Assembly (NCBI GenBank): GCA_040285855.1
Contig: JAUFOQ010000002.1
Location: 3,658,001-3,722,000, forward strand
From: Eukaryota sp. GEM-RC1
Taxonomy: Eukaryota
Direction of reading: 5' to 3'
Length of the DNA: 64,000 nucleotides
A program made the translations under genes and the position numbers. Under the pieces are notes generated by a model. The model saw nothing but the letters and a program-made list of their open reading frames with translations. It made no database searches and was not told the origin of the DNA. This document shows positions 13,471 to 26,242 of the stretch, piece after piece. Positions within the stretch are counted from its first letter, which is position 1. Each line of letters opens with the position of its first letter.

Positions 13471-13960
13471 ACTAAAGTAATTGTCATAAGCTATGGTTAA
13501 ATCGTCCAGTTTCTCAATCTGTAAAACAATTCAGGTTATGCTCTAATGGAAGTAACTTGATTCTATGAGGAAACTGCTAAAGTTTGATTTGGTGTCAACA
13601 CGGTTGTATGAATGACATTGAATTCTCATTGTTGCAGTTGTTGGATTTTCATTGTAATAAATCGCGTAAAACAAGTACAAAGGGAACTACTGGTTGTAAG
13701 ACTTTGGAGACGACAAGGGGAAATGTGTCAAAAACAGTAATAGCTATAGGATTCAAGCGTCTATCCGTCATCATTTTTCCAAAACCGTTAATAAATTCTC
13801 TACAGTTTGTATACATTTTCCTCAACAACAGTATACTGGCCCGAAAATTGATGCACTAAAAGGGCACAACTCGAATTCGATCAGTTTTAAAGTTTTAAGA
13901 GCCATTTTTGGTTATGTATGATACTGTACTTGTTTTAGTCTGCAAAAAAAAAGTTAGAAA

Positions 13961-14929
13961 ATGATTTCCCTCTCATCAAATCAAGAACCTAACCTAGGAA
14001 CAACAAGTTCCGTCCTCTCTATAACAGATCAAACTCCTCCCATAGTCTCTGTTCATGAACCAGTTTCTTTTCATACTGGAGATCCTCTGATTCTTTCACT
14101 TGGTCCATTTGTTGAGTCAAATCCTTCGTCATTGACTTTTCTTATCTTCTGCAAGGAGCTTTCAGTGATCATCAACAACTCTACTTCAGTTTACTTCAGT
14201 CATTCCACCAATCTCTTCAACAAAGCTTCCCCGTATACAACAGTTCTGTGTGAGTTCGATGACACGCTGTCTATATCGTCTCTCCAACTAAGAATCATCC
14301 CCCGTGAGTACAAAGTCTCGATCTATGGTCTCTTTCTGCAACTATCTTCCAAATCCAAGATCGCTAGTTCTCCCGACTTCTATGGTCTTTTACCTTACCA
14401 TATGCAGTACTGTGAAAAGGAGTTGGAACAGGGCGATGATCAGGAATCAAGGGAGAGAAGTCATTCAATGTCAGATATAGAAACAGAGTGGAATTGTGAT
14501 CTGCCGGCAATTCCATCGGAGTCTGTTGACGTCTTTCCATCACATAATCATGGTCATAAATCACGTCATCCCAGCCAACAATCAAGTGATCAATCACCAA
14601 TTTCAATTCGTTCTTCTTCACTTCCTCCACGTCTTTCTTCTCCTCTGAGTGCTTCTCCATTGTCTTCAGCTAGTTTACTTAGTAGAAGATTGGCTATGGG
14701 TAGTCCCCTGAAGTCTGAGTTGAAGATAGAGTCTATAAAGGAATCAGTAGAAGAGGAGGAAGTAGAATCTGAAGGTGAAGTGGTATTACAATCGCCAAGT
14801 CCAGAGGTTTCTAGCGAAGAGGAAGTTGACAATGAGAAAGTTGATGGAAAGTTGTCAAAGATTAAAGAGAAGTATCCAGAATTAGATGTCGAGGTTTTTA
14901 ATTTTATCAAAACTGTAATAAATGTGTAG
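13961..14929 (+). CDS. Hypothetical protein, 322 aa, with Ser-rich and acidic C-terminal half
   Basis: Long ATG-initiated ORF, higher GC than flanks, convergent with the BTB gene (56 bp gap). Confidence 0.75.
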   Translation: MISLSSNQEPNLGTTSSVLSITDQTPPIVSVHEPVSFHTGDPLILSLGPFVESNPSSLTFLIFCKELSVIINNSTSVYFSHSTNLFNKASPYTTVLCEFDDTLSISSLQLRIIPREYKVSIYGLFLQLSSKSKIASSPDFYGLLPYHMQYCEKELEQGDDQESRERSHSMSDIETEWNCDLPAIPSESVDVFPSHNHGHKSRHPSQQSSDQSPISIRSSSLPPRLSSPLSASPLSSASLLSRRLAMGSPLKSELKIESIKESVEEEEVESEGEVVLQSPSPEVSSEEEVDNEKVDGKLSKIKEKYPELDVEVFNFIKTVINV

Positions 14930-14985
14930 TGTGTAGTTTATTTTAAAACATGCGAAATTAATATTTCTACAAACGAATTAGAAAT

Positions 14986-16545
14986 TTAACTGGACATTTT
15001 CAATAAATATTCGCTACATCCGTAAACTAGTTTGGCTAAGCTTGATGAAGCTGTTTCAGTTTTAGTGTACTGATTGAAAGGAGTAAATCCTGTAAATATT
15101 TGGTGAGAATTAGAATACTTCCGATACACCACTGATGGAGTTGTAGAGTTTGGAAAAGAAGAAAGAACAGTGGCTCCAGATTTTGGGGTAGTACCAGTTT
15201 TACAAGGAGTATAAGATGAGGAAAATGAGTCACTTTTCAAATAATTAAATATTTCGTGTGAGTCAGTGGTATTAAATGTAACATAATCTCCTGTATGGCT
15301 ACCATTAACAAGCCCTATGTTCTCAAATAGAACAGGAGATATATAGCTGGAAGAACCGGCAAACATCATTGTAATCACTGGTTTCCCTGCACTTACCCAA
15401 TCAGAAATCCAAGAATCGTGATGAGTGGGATCATTACCACCACTGGCATAAATCAAGATATTAAACTGACTGGGATCAACTGATGACGTGGCATTGTACT
15501 CAATGACCTCTACTCGACCATCACTTACCATTGATTTATAATGATTAACAAACCAATCAGCTGAGCCTTGGCTACTTGTTCCCATTACCATTAAACAATT
15601 ATGAACAACAGATCCACTTGAACTTAAACATGTGTTCCTGGGAACCTCTGGACCAACCTCTGGACCAAAATCAACTCTTGAAAATAATCGTTGAATAAAG
15701 AAAACTCCAAGGATTGATTCCAAAGACTTGTCAGTTTTTAAAACAGAAAATACGTCATCAATCCAAATTCTAACCGGTAATAACTCTGAATTAAACTTGA
15801 ACAAAATTTCTTCAAAATCAGAAACTTTCCAATTTTGTTCTTTAAAACTCTTCACGAAACTTCGAAGCAACCAAAGAGAACCTTCAGCATTGTCATTACA
15901 AGCCTCTGTAAGAAGTAAAGCTGAAGAAGGAAGAATCAGAAGAGGTTCAGAGAGATGAACGTCTTTTACCTTATCCAAAAGAGTTCTAAGTGCAGTGACA
16001 GGATCAATGTCATCTTCTTGAGGAATCTTAAGGACTGCACGCAGGAAAGCGTAGTTTTCATTCTCCAGTGCTTGTATTGTCAAGGAAATCATCCACTGGG
16101 GATCTTCAATGTACTGGTTAATTGTTGTTAAACAGAAGTCAATAAGCTCTTGAATCTCAAAATAACGTGCACAAACATATACATCAAAGGTATTAGAATG
16201 AGACAAAGAGATTGGAGAACAGTAAAGGGTTTTCATGACGCTTTCAAAAGAAGAGGTTGAGATAGAAAGTGAAGAAGAGAACTCCATCGTATGATCTTCA
16301 CGATTAGCAGAGGATGAATCAAAGAGTTTTAGAAAGAGACCTGACGATTGTGTGATGATATTTCGATGAAGAAAGAGATTAAGATCATAGAAAACAACAG
16401 TTTGATCTGAACAAGTGTCATTGTTGAAGAGTTTTTGTAGTATGGTATTGACAGAGAATTGAAAAGTAATGGTAATTGAAAGCGTTCTTTTTGAATGAAA
16501 AACCAATTTTTGTTGAGAATTTGCTGTTTTGCTTGGTGTACCCAT
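14986..16545 (-). CDS. BTB/POZ domain protein, 519 aa
   Basis: LFNNDTCSDQTVVF..FLHRNIITQSSGLF..FESVMKTLY..VYVCARYFEIQELIDFC is a BTB signature. The C-terminal alpha/beta domain is unassigned. Confidence 0.85.
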   Translation of the reverse strand: MGTPSKTANSQQKLVFHSKRTLSITITFQFSVNTILQKLFNNDTCSDQTVVFYDLNLFLHRNIITQSSGLFLKLFDSSSANREDHTMEFSSSLSISTSSFESVMKTLYCSPISLSHSNTFDVYVCARYFEIQELIDFCLTTINQYIEDPQWMISLTIQALENENYAFLRAVLKIPQEDDIDPVTALRTLLDKVKDVHLSEPLLILPSSALLLTEACNDNAEGSLWLLRSFVKSFKEQNWKVSDFEEILFKFNSELLPVRIWIDDVFSVLKTDKSLESILGVFFIQRLFSRVDFGPEVGPEVPRNTCLSSSGSVVHNCLMVMGTSSQGSADWFVNHYKSMVSDGRVEVIEYNATSSVDPSQFNILIYASGGNDPTHHDSWISDWVSAGKPVITMMFAGSSSYISPVLFENIGLVNGSHTGDYVTFNTTDSHEIFNYLKSDSFSSSYTPCKTGTTPKSGATVLSSFPNSTTPSVVYRKYSNSHQIFTGFTPFNQYTKTETASSSLAKLVYGCSEYLLKMSS

Positions 16546-17071
16546 TAGTCGTTTTCATGATCTTTTTGATGTGGTGTAACCTTTGGACTCATTCCGATAG
16601 CTCTCCAGCCAAGAATATTCGTAGTAAGAACTTCTTAACAAAACTGCATTTTAATAAGATGCACTAAAAATGATTACTGATTACAATAGGATACGATTAC
16701 AAATCTTATATTGAATACAATTCTGTAATGTGTCTATACCTTGACTCAATTGAAGCAGAGACCGATTATAACAATGCTGTGTTGGTGCAACAGTTTGTCG
16801 CAATTCTGCTTTAGATGAAACTGATGCTCTTTTAATCAAAACTGAGAAAAGAAAGTGCGAAACGTCTTCAGATGCTTTGACACTTCATTGCAACTTGCAT
16901 TTGTCTATTAGTTTTATTTCTGTTGTTGTTTCAATTAATTAGAACTGCTTGAAGAGCTGCATATGAACTCTTTAAATCGAACAAGAAATTCAGTAACATT
17001 AAAAGTGACAGAGTCGGATAATGTTCTCTTCATATACTCTAGTATTCGGTTGATGTATGTACACTGTAGTG

Positions 17072-17641
17072 AAAAAAAACGGGGTTTATGATCAGTCAGT
17101 GAAATAAATGCATTTGCAGAAGTTCATAACTAACAGACACTAACTAAAGTATCTAAACTATGATCCTTCTGTCCATCACCGAACAACTTACCTAAAATTG
17201 AATTAAAATATCTGTGCATTGAACGAAACAACGCAAACGTTAACCTACTCAACCAAAAATTTTCATTGAAAACTTTACCATACTCAGAACACAATTTACC
17301 AAAGGAAGTTAAAAAACCTTGTGCAGCTGGTCCAATATTACCGTATATCGACATCGCAAAGGTTGAAACACAAAAGAATTGTGCCTGTCAACATTCAATT
17401 GGTTAATTAAGTGACAGTACTTTGTATTTTTTCCTTTTTCAGCCACTTCAAGAGCAGAAAAATCATCATCATAAATTTTGGAAATTGATCTTGAATTACA
17501 AGGATCAACAGTCGTGAAATCCATAATAATTTCCTGACAAGATAACCAAGGACCAATCAAATCACCACGACTTCTATTAACTTTTAGCTGATCAGAAAGA
17601 TTAGCAAGTAAAGGTTCAATTTTTCCATGAAAACCATTAGC
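17072..17641 (-). mobile_element. CRE-like family A 3' portion with T8 tail
   Basis: GFHGKIEPLL..SRGDLIGPW..DFTTVDP..KNTKY. Sense-strand end gatcataaaccccgtttttttt (A8 at 17072-17079 on +). Confidence 0.9.
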
Positions 17642-17830
17642 ACCGAATGCCGACAATGATTGTAATTGTGTTGGTTTCGAAAGAGAACTTCTTGTGTTGA
17701 AAAATTACATAAGATTGTATAGTAATCCGCGATTTCTACTTGTCTACCTTCTGCAGAAGTGACATTTTGGAGAGGTGATAGTAATTGCTGAAGAAGAGTA
17801 GTCGTTGTTAATAATGATCGTAGGATTATA

Positions 17831-18745
17831 CAGTCAACCCTGGATATAGTGTCATTATATGGTCGACGCTATATCCAGTTTTGCGCTATATCCAGTTTTC
17901 ATGTCTGGTCATAAACACATCTACGGACACATTTTATACATAACATATGACGAAAGAAGACTAAAGGGATCATCAGCACAAAGTAAGGAGAGACTCTGAA
18001 ACCGTCACTGGGACAAGATATGACCACCAGAAATATTGAAGTGGTTGAAAGTAGCTGCGTTCAAAGCCCTAGTCATATCGTGTAATTGCTCAACTGTTAC
18101 ATTCTGTTGTTCTGCTGAGCAGAGGAAGTGTTGAATGGAAGTGAGAATCTCCTCACTGATCTCAACACCCTGTTCTGGCCTCTCCTCAGAAGGTCTTCTA
18201 ACACTTTCACTCACTCTAAGGTCTTCATCTAAGTCATGTTCTTCCAGACCCAACGCATCTCGAAGAGAGTCCGCGATGGCATCTCCTCTTTCAATCTGTA
18301 TATGTTGACTTTCGTCCTCCAATAAATCTTCTTCAAACACCACATTGGCACTAGCACTGACAAAAACCGCATCGTCGTCCTGAGAAACAGAATTACGTAA
18401 ATAGAGATCGTCACCGAATCCTGCTTTTCTCCAACAATTGACAATAACAGTTTGCGTCACCTGGTTCCAGGCATCTGTCAAATTATCCACAGCATCCTTC
18501 AACGAATATTCAATACCTCTTCTAAATACACCCGTTGCCGCTACCCTTTTGAACCTGTTTCGATACTTTGACTTCCATGAGCGAATTATTCCCTGATCCA
18601 ATGGCTGCAGTCGGGAAGTGGTATTTGCAGGTAAGAACAGCAATTCAAGATTGGACAACTCAGCTACAGAAGCATCATCCAATTTGTGGCCTGCAAAATT
18701 GTCTAAGAGCAGCAGGATTTTGCGATTTTGCACCCTAGCCCACCA
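17831..18745 (-). mobile_element. pogo/Tigger (DDE_1) transposon 3' part with terminal inverted repeat
   Basis: KILLLLDNFAGH..FLPANTTSRLQPLDQGIIRSWKSKYR..AWNQVTQTVIVNCWRKAG. Terminus TA|CAGTCAACCCTGGATATAGTG at 17829-17851. Confidence 0.9.
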
Positions 18746-19238
18746 ATCGGATTCTTCTTAGTTCTTTCTTCACTGTATGAGAACGCTAATATCATATTCA
18801 TTATGTTATTGAATTGAATAAACTACAAAAAATTTGAGAATCGCCAAAATACCTGAATCATCAGTTTTAATGTTGAAAGAAGATCAGAAGAACACCAACA
18901 CCTTCTAAAAACTCGTGTTTGAAGTTCAACCTTTGAACATAACTTGCATTAGTGTATTACATTTTTAACTTTTACAGCCACATTACAATGTCTTTAGGGG
19001 TGTGTTGCAGTAAAGTAGATGTTTTTAGGGGTGTGTTGCAGTAAAGTAGATGTGAATGTACATAAACACTTCAGACCTTGTTGATTCAACAATATAGCAT
19101 TGGTAATATTCCTAACATTGTTCTACGCCCAATCACTACTTTCAGATAACGGATATCCTAATCCGATCTGAATCCCAATAAAACAGCAACACTGGATCTG
19201 AATCCGAAATGAAATCTGATCTGAAGATCAGTGCTATC

Positions 19239-21650
19239 CAGGGATTCCTAAAGTAGTCAACTTTTTCAGAATTAAAGTAAAGTAGTGTACACTACTTTAC
19301 TTTATACTACTTTACTTTACACTTTAACATACTTTAAGAATGTATAAAGTGATCCTGCATCTTACAATTTTGTTCTTCAATTATCTCTTCAGTTTTATGA
19401 CATCTCTTCCTTCCGAGGAATGGAAAACTCTCTGTGAAGTAGTGGAAGTAGTCTCTAGCACATGTGCCCGGTTCCGTTGTATGCTGTGTGACGTCGTTCA
19501 TTCTGTCAACAGGTGGACAATGGAAGGACATTTCTTACGTGACTTACCTAAAAAGCGTCCCATCTCGCTCTGTTCCAACATTGGACCTCCTGGTTCACAA
19601 AATGCGCTCAATGTTGCTGCTCTTAGAAGATACGTAGAGACTCATTCCCGGGGGCGTAAGCGGAAGGCTTCTCAACAGTCTACACCTGAGACGAAACGAA
19701 ATGACCTGCAGCCCTTTCTTTCTCCCGTTCCTGAACCTCCTGTCGATGAATCATCTACTGTGGTTGTCATCTCTGAGTCTGATCTAAATACATCATCTCT
19801 TTCTCCGACTTCTGCTGTCACGGCTATTCCCCAGCCAACAATTGAAACTGCTATTCCCATTGCAACTTCCCCCAAGATCTGTAACTTAAAGCAGACAAAA
19901 CTAAAGAAATTTTATCAAAAAGTAGCAACCAAAATCTAGATGAAGTTGTTGCTCTTTATGCTCTAGGAGAAGGATTACCACTCACTAAAGTTTCTAAATC
20001 GACAAGGCTGCAAAATGTTATTGAAGGAGCTGTCGAGCATTATAAGCTGTACAACGAAGTTTTTGAATTACCATCTTATCAGAAATTGATGGACACAGTG
20101 GCTCCCAAAATTATTAAAAATGTTAAAAGACAAAGTACAGTCGACATTGCTACCCTTTGCACTGGTTGGACTTTAGTTATAGATGGATCAGAGATAAATT
20201 ATAACAGTTTAATTAATTTCTGCCTTGTTGGTCCAAACAGGACAATTTTTACAAATGCATTGAATGCAATTATCAGTCAAAGACTGCAGATTTCCTTAAA
20301 AATCTTTTTGTTTCAGTTCTCAACGAAATTGGTCCTGAATATGTAAATTTTGTCATTACCGATGGAGCAGCAAATTATTTAAATGCAGCAACAGCTGTCC
20401 AAGATGTTTTCCCGGCCATCACAGGGATGCGGTGTAGCATTCACACACTCAATTTGTTTTTAAAGGACATTTGCTCGCCGACTTCAAATTACGTTGTGCC
20501 TTCAATTCGAAGTATTGTCGAAAAAGCCAACAAAGTAGTTGATTTTGTTGTTAACAAGCCTTTCATCCGGAAGCTTTTGAAAAAGTCAACCCAGAAGAAA
20601 TTAAAACGAATTTGTTTGACACGATTTTACACTCAATTCATCGTCATTGAAAGAGTACACGAATTGTACCAAAATGTCAATAACACTCTCACGAATGAAG
20701 ACTATATCACCTGGCTTGCTAAGCCACAACAAGCTAGAATTAGAGAAGTATCTGCTGAGGTCAAGCTAATAGTTGCCGATGATGATTTTTGGGTTCAGGT
20801 AAAATTATTAATTGACTTCTTACGACCAATCATTGACTTAATGCTGAAAATGGACAGTCTAACGCCAATTATGGGAAAATTGTACCGATACCTCGAATTG
20901 GAAGATCTGAGGTTATCGACAGCTCAGTTATCCATCCTAGAACCAGGTGAAATTGATAGCATAAGAAGTCGATTTCAGGTTCGAAAGAACCAATTAGCAC
21001 ATCCTTGTGTTAAAGCTGCATTCTGTTTGGATCCTGAAAACAATACTGAAATCTGCTCATAACTGGTGGTATGCCAATGGAGGGGACCAAGAATTATCTC
21101 AATTGGCAGTAAAACTGCTAAGTAGTGTTGCCTCCAATTCAGAAGCTGAAAGAAACTGGTCTGACTTCAGTGTTGTCTGTACCAAAGAGCGATCCAGACT
21201 AACAAGTGAGAAAGCCAGTGACTTTGTGATGATCAAACACAACCTGAAGAGGGGAAAGATAATGAGTAGAAAGTTCTTTGACTGGATTGATGAAGAAGTT
21301 CTTGGTCCTGAGCTTGACAATTTAGAGGTCACAGATGATGAAGAAGTACAGCCTGTGGTGGAGGAGATATTGGTTCCTGAGTAATCTGTAGAAGAAGTGA
21401 AAACTTGAGTGCTCACCCACTCTTGATATGTATAGTTTAGATTTTGTAGTTTTTGGTGAGTTTCTACTTTATAAAAGTTGTTTAAATTCCTACTGTCGAA
21501 AGGAATAGATGTATACGGGATGGCTGGAGCAACCCTAGCAATCAAGAAAGAAAGTGCTTAAAGTGCTTAAAGTACTGAAAATATCTTAAAGTAAAGTAAA
21601 GTAAAGTAAAGTAAAGTGCTTAAAGTACTTTACTACTTTAAGAATCCCTG
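19239..21650 (+). mobile_element. hAT DNA transposon with both ends intact and a frameshifted transposase (BED-like finger, DUF659-type core, dimerisation domain)
   Basis: 8-bp TSD GTGCTATC (19231-19238, 21651-21658). 19-bp TIR CAGGGATTC(C/T)TAAAGTAGT. Subterminal (AAAGT)n. Motifs CMLC..GH, LVIDGS, ITDGAANY, CSIHTLNL, TRF, WW..LAVKLLS..SEAERNWS. Confidence 0.95.
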
Positions 21651-21662
21651 GTGCTATCTAAC

Positions 21663-23045
21663 ATGGTTCATTCTCAATTCCCCTCGAAGATTAGCCGTTC
21701 ATTGAGTGATACAGTATCAGTTACTGCCGTTGTAGAGTACAATGGATCCTCTGCTGGTATCTCCTCTTCGAATCCTAGCTCTGATACATCCTCCGCTTTG
21801 TACTCCCCCATCGATTCTCCTTCTAATCACTTGTACTTTCAACAGTCACTGCTCACTTTGATCCACATTCATTTCCTGAGTCGTCGCTTAAAGTCTTCGC
21901 TTGAATGGAATCGCAATACACCTCGTCGTGCTCTTCTCCAGTTGAAGAGAGATCTTCATACCTTCCTTAAGAAAATTGGCTATGTAAGCCGTCGTTTCCT
22001 TGAATCTGCTCTAGTGTCAACCACGCTGTTTTTACAAACAAACACGTTTCATGTAGCATTTAATGACCTTCCTCAACTTTTTTCATTTGCTTCTTTCTTT
22101 GGATCAGAGGTGCGATCTATTTTCTTGCACGTACACGGAAACTTTACTATTGAAGCACTTCTTAGTTATTCCGATATAATTTCAGGATTGGAATTGAAAG
22201 TAAGGGACCAAGCTGACTTAGAGTTTTTGAACAAGTCTTCTTTGTTGTTACCACGTGTTAAGCAGCTTCATGTGCGTGTTCATGATTCTATTTCTATGTC
22301 ATTTATTGAATTGTTGAAAGTTAATACCACAATTACAACTGTTAATCTACAAAGAATGTCGATTGAAGCTGAAGGTGCTATAGCATTGGCAGAAGCGTTA
22401 AAAGTTAATACTACTGTTACAAGCGTTAATCTGGTGTGGAACTTTATTGGAAATGACGGTACTAGAGCTTTGGCAGAAGCCTTGAAAGTTAATACTGCAG
22501 TTACAAGTGTTAATCTGGAGGATAATTTCATTGGAAATGAAGGAGCTAGAGCTTTGGCAGAAGCTTTAAAAGTTAATACTACAATTAAAAGTATTGATCT
22601 GGTGCAAAACTCTGTTGGATCTGAAGGTGCTAGAGCATTGGCAGAAGCGTTAAAAGTTAATGCTACTGTTACAAGTATCAATTTTGTTGGAAACTCTATT
22701 GGAAATGAAGGTGCTATAGCATTGGCAGAAGCGTTAAAAGTTAATGCTACTGTTACAACTATTGATCTGTGTGGAAACTCTATCGGCGCTGAAGGTGCTA
22801 GAGCATTGGCAGAAGCGTTAAAGGTTAATACTACAGTTACACATTTTGATGCGAGTGAGAACTCTATTGGAAATGAAGGTGCTAAAGCATTGGCAGAAGC
22901 GTTGAAGGTTAATACAACAATTACAAGTGCTAATTTGAATTACAATTCTATTGGGGACGTAGGAGTTAGAGCATTGGTAGATGCATTGGAAAGTACTAGT
23001 AAAGTTAAAATTGAAGCAGCATATCAACTCGTTAGATATTTATAA
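21663..23045 (+). CDS. RNI-like / NLRC3-like leucine-rich repeat protein with about 8 tandem 28-aa repeats
   Basis: Repeats of IGNEGARALAEALKVNTTVTSINL.. (84-bp period, ~22310-22990). First ATG at 21663. Confidence 0.92.
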   Translation: MVHSQFPSKISRSLSDTVSVTAVVEYNGSSAGISSSNPSSDTSSALYSPIDSPSNHLYFQQSLLTLIHIHFLSRRLKSSLEWNRNTPRRALLQLKRDLHTFLKKIGYVSRRFLESALVSTTLFLQTNTFHVAFNDLPQLFSFASFFGSEVRSIFLHVHGNFTIEALLSYSDIISGLELKVRDQADLEFLNKSSLLLPRVKQLHVRVHDSISMSFIELLKVNTTITTVNLQRMSIEAEGAIALAEALKVNTTVTSVNLVWNFIGNDGTRALAEALKVNTAVTSVNLEDNFIGNEGARALAEALKVNTTIKSIDLVQNSVGSEGARALAEALKVNATVTSINFVGNSIGNEGAIALAEALKVNATVTTIDLCGNSIGAEGARALAEALKVNTTVTHFDASENSIGNEGAKALAEALKVNTTITSANLNYNSIGDVGVRALVDALESTSKVKIEAAYQLVRYL

Positions 23046-24035
23046 AGATAGTATTTGCCAATTTCCTATTAAACTTGCTTTCAACAATTTCTAACACCAT
23101 AGACTAGAATCAAAAATTCAATTTTTAATTGCAAACAATAGAATTGTTGTTAAAATGACAGTTAAATGATCATCTGATATTATTTTGAGTGGGGATCACG
23201 TCATCACGTCGTCCAAGTAATGACAACATTATACTTCCGTTCAATTGATACAATTATTGGTGATTCTTGATTGGAAAATGATCTTAGAATGATTTTGTGT
23301 TTCCTTTTGCTATTTCTCTTTTAATCATGCGAATCCACAGTTTTTGAATGTTTTTGTAAGAAGCGTAAGTTCAAAATGTCTGGATGGAGAAGTCGTATTG
23401 TGTTTCCCACTTATCGGTATATGACTCTCTATTTGTCTCGTTTAGCTGAGACACTTTTCAAGTTTGGTGTGAAGGTTAATGTCGAACAGCGAAATCTTTT
23501 ACCAGATAGGGATGAAGTAGTTTGGATTTATTCTCTGTATTATTTGTTTGACTTTCTAAATTCATATTATTGTAGGAAGGTTAGTTTTTGAAAAGAAACT
23601 AATGATTATTTGCTGGAACAGATTTATGTACTGGTTATGTCAACTATGAGTCTCCAACGTTAAGAATATACTTAAAAATTCTACGCAATTTCAATCAAAA
23701 TTGATTAATTGTGATCAAGTGGATAAGTGACTGAAGATTATCTACCCACACATCACATGTATCACAACATATTGCAATTTTAAAAATAAATAACAATCAG
23801 TATTGCGAACAGATTAGCCTATGAGTCGGTTCAAACTAGACCTTGGAATCGGATCAACTTCGGATAGGATACTCCGATCGGATTTCTCGGATCGGAGCGA
23901 TTTTCTTGGTTTTGCTCGGATTCGGATTTGGATCGGATTTATCCTACCAGATCCGAAATATCCGATCGGATTTCTAATGATTTTGATATTGTTGTGGACG
24001 CAAAATACATCTGATTACTTAACTAATACTAATAT

Positions 24036-24172
24036 AGATTCATTAGTTGGTGTCTTTGAGTCATTGTTTTTTACAAAATTAATTCCTGTAATTAACTGTA
24101 TATAAGAGTTTATTTGCAACAATAAATTAATACATACTAATTAACTGTATTGATCATAAACCCCGTTTCTTT
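24036..24172 (+). mobile_element. Very short 5'-truncated family A-like retro insertion with T tail
   Basis: Starts agattcattagttggtgtc (cf. family A C-terminus DTLVSV). Ends gatcataaaccccgtttcttt. TSD (T)ACTAATAT at 24027-24035 and 24172-24180. Confidence 0.75.
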
Positions 24173-24637
24173 ACTAATATTCCACGTTATTGAACACGAT
24201 TGATTTGAAAATATGACTGTTGAACATGACTCCTCTCTAAGTTAATTCGGAAACTGCATCTGTTTCCAAATGTCTTACTATTCGCATGTAGATGTCCTCT
24301 GGGATTCTGCTAATCTTCTTTGATTATTGTTCAATACAGGTATCGTCTGTACCATTGTGAAAGACTGTTTCCCCGTGCTGGGTTAGCTGTGTCCGAAAAT
24401 AGAGCATCTTTCAATTATGATACAGTTCAAGTACAGTATTGGTTTTACTCAATTCATGAACAAAACTTGGATTTATGGCCGATGATGGACTTTTCCTTGA
24501 TGATGACAATGAATATTACTTTTTTACTAATGAATCTTAATAGAATTTTGTTATACTTCTTTTTTATAAACAACCAGTTCAAAGGACGTCATTTCTTTAT
24601 GGAACTAAAATAGTAAGATAAGTGCAACACTTAAAAC

Positions 24638-26242
24638 AATAGTTGCAAAATACTCGGAAAAAAAATAATACAATATAGAATACAAAAATACAATACAGAT
24701 ACAGAATACAAATACAATCCAGAATACTGTATTAATTGTATTTCTTTTTCTAGTAATTGCAAGTATTAAACCAAGTGTATTGAGTCCAATGACTGCAAAC
24801 GTGATTGCAGGGCTTCTCATAAATAAATATAAATTCTATTTATTTCTATTTATTTCTATTTATATTTATTTTTGAGCCTTTTTGGCGATCATGCAAATAA
24901 AACAAAATACAACAAAATATAAATAAATATAAATAAAATCTCTTTCGTTTATCCATACACTTGAGGTCCTTTTTACTCAATCTAACTTCAAAACTCTCTT
25001 TTAGATCATAGTCAAAATGAACGCGTGCCAACTGGTACTGTCAGAATCATCAATATAAACGAAGAATGTGCTCATTACAATGAAATTGTCAAAATTTCCT
25101 ACAACGGATTAGTAGATGTTGATGAAGCTGTTTTCTCATACAATCCAATCTATTCTTTAGGAGTGAACGAAAGAAACTTTATAGCAACTAAAATGCTGCT
25201 CGATCTTCATGGGTCTTGATGAAATGACAATGCTGGTGCAATCATATTAAGTAATGGGTCAGATATGATTAGACGAGCCAAAAACTGTCCAATGAATTGG
25301 TTTCCCTTACCATGACTTGAACTAAGACTTGTATAATAATATTTTGCTTATATTTGTGTTTTATTTTGTTTTAATTATATTTATTTCACATTTATTTTTG
25401 GCACTTTTTGATGTTCAAATTATTTTAAATTATCTTATGAGAGGGCCTGCGTGATTGATCATCAGGGTTATCATGGTTCACCTCTTCAGTACACATTCTG
25501 AGACTTTTTTTCATTTATCAACCCAATTGTTATTTCGATTCTAAAATGCACCGAGGGTTCAAATGTTCATTTGGTCCACGGAAAGTACTGACGTGGAGTT
25601 GTACAGTTATGCCATGTGACTTTGGACACTTTTTGTCTCGTACATTAGTTGTAAAACGTCTTAATATATCGCGTGTAGGTAACAAAGTTAAAACTCGAAA
25701 TCATAGTCTCCAAAGACTACACTTACATCTTCAAAACAGGATCAATCTGAGTGTCGTGTAGCTAGTCTCATCAGGGTTTTGAATCTTCATCACTGACTAT
25801 CAGAAGTGAAACTAGAGTGTACAACTTCACATGGTTTGGTATATATCTATTCTTTAGAATGAACATTATTAGACGTTGTTTACTTTTTGTTACTTGACTT
25901 TGATCGGTGTTTTACTTTTTAGTCATCTAGCATACGCCGTTGACGTACTGTACTGGAACGTTTCGAAAATTCAGCAGACAATTGTAATAGTATTTCTGCA
26001 AGTTGTTAAAATAATACATGTCCCAATTGTACCAAACAATAGTACAATTGATCAGAAAGATCCGCTGTCGAGTGTTGCTCTCATTGACTTCAGTCATTTT
26101 CATCAATTAAAGAGTTTTTAGGGCTGATAAATTAATACAAAAAATACAAATACAAATACACTTTTCCAGAAAAAATACAATACATAATACAGAAAAAATA
26201 CAGAATACAAAAAAATACTGTATTTTGTATTTTGCAACTATG
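24638..26242. mobile_element. Non-autonomous hAT element (middle of nest)
   Basis: TSD CTTAAAAC (24630-24637, 26243-26250). TIR (C/A)ATAGTTGCAAAATAC. Subterminal AATAC repeats. Confidence 0.88.
24808..25449 (+). mobile_element. hAT MITE, 642 bp (inner of nest)
   Basis: TSD CGTGATTG (24800-24807, 25450-25457). TIRs CAGGGCTTCTCATAA / rc CAGGCCCTCTCATAA. Confidence 0.92.

Noticed and set aside
18730..18745. accctagccc at the pogo truncation point as a telomere-healing scar
   Set aside because: It fits transposase codons (WARVQNRK) and is not a true repeat.
18990..19053. 31-bp tandem duplication beginning with TTTAGGGG
   Set aside because: Only two copies with no spacer. It is a simple slippage duplication, neither CRISPR nor telomere.
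22280..23027. Antisense repetitive ORFs and the 84-bp periodicity as a CRISPR-like array
   Set aside because: These are shadows of the coding LRR repeats on the plus strand.
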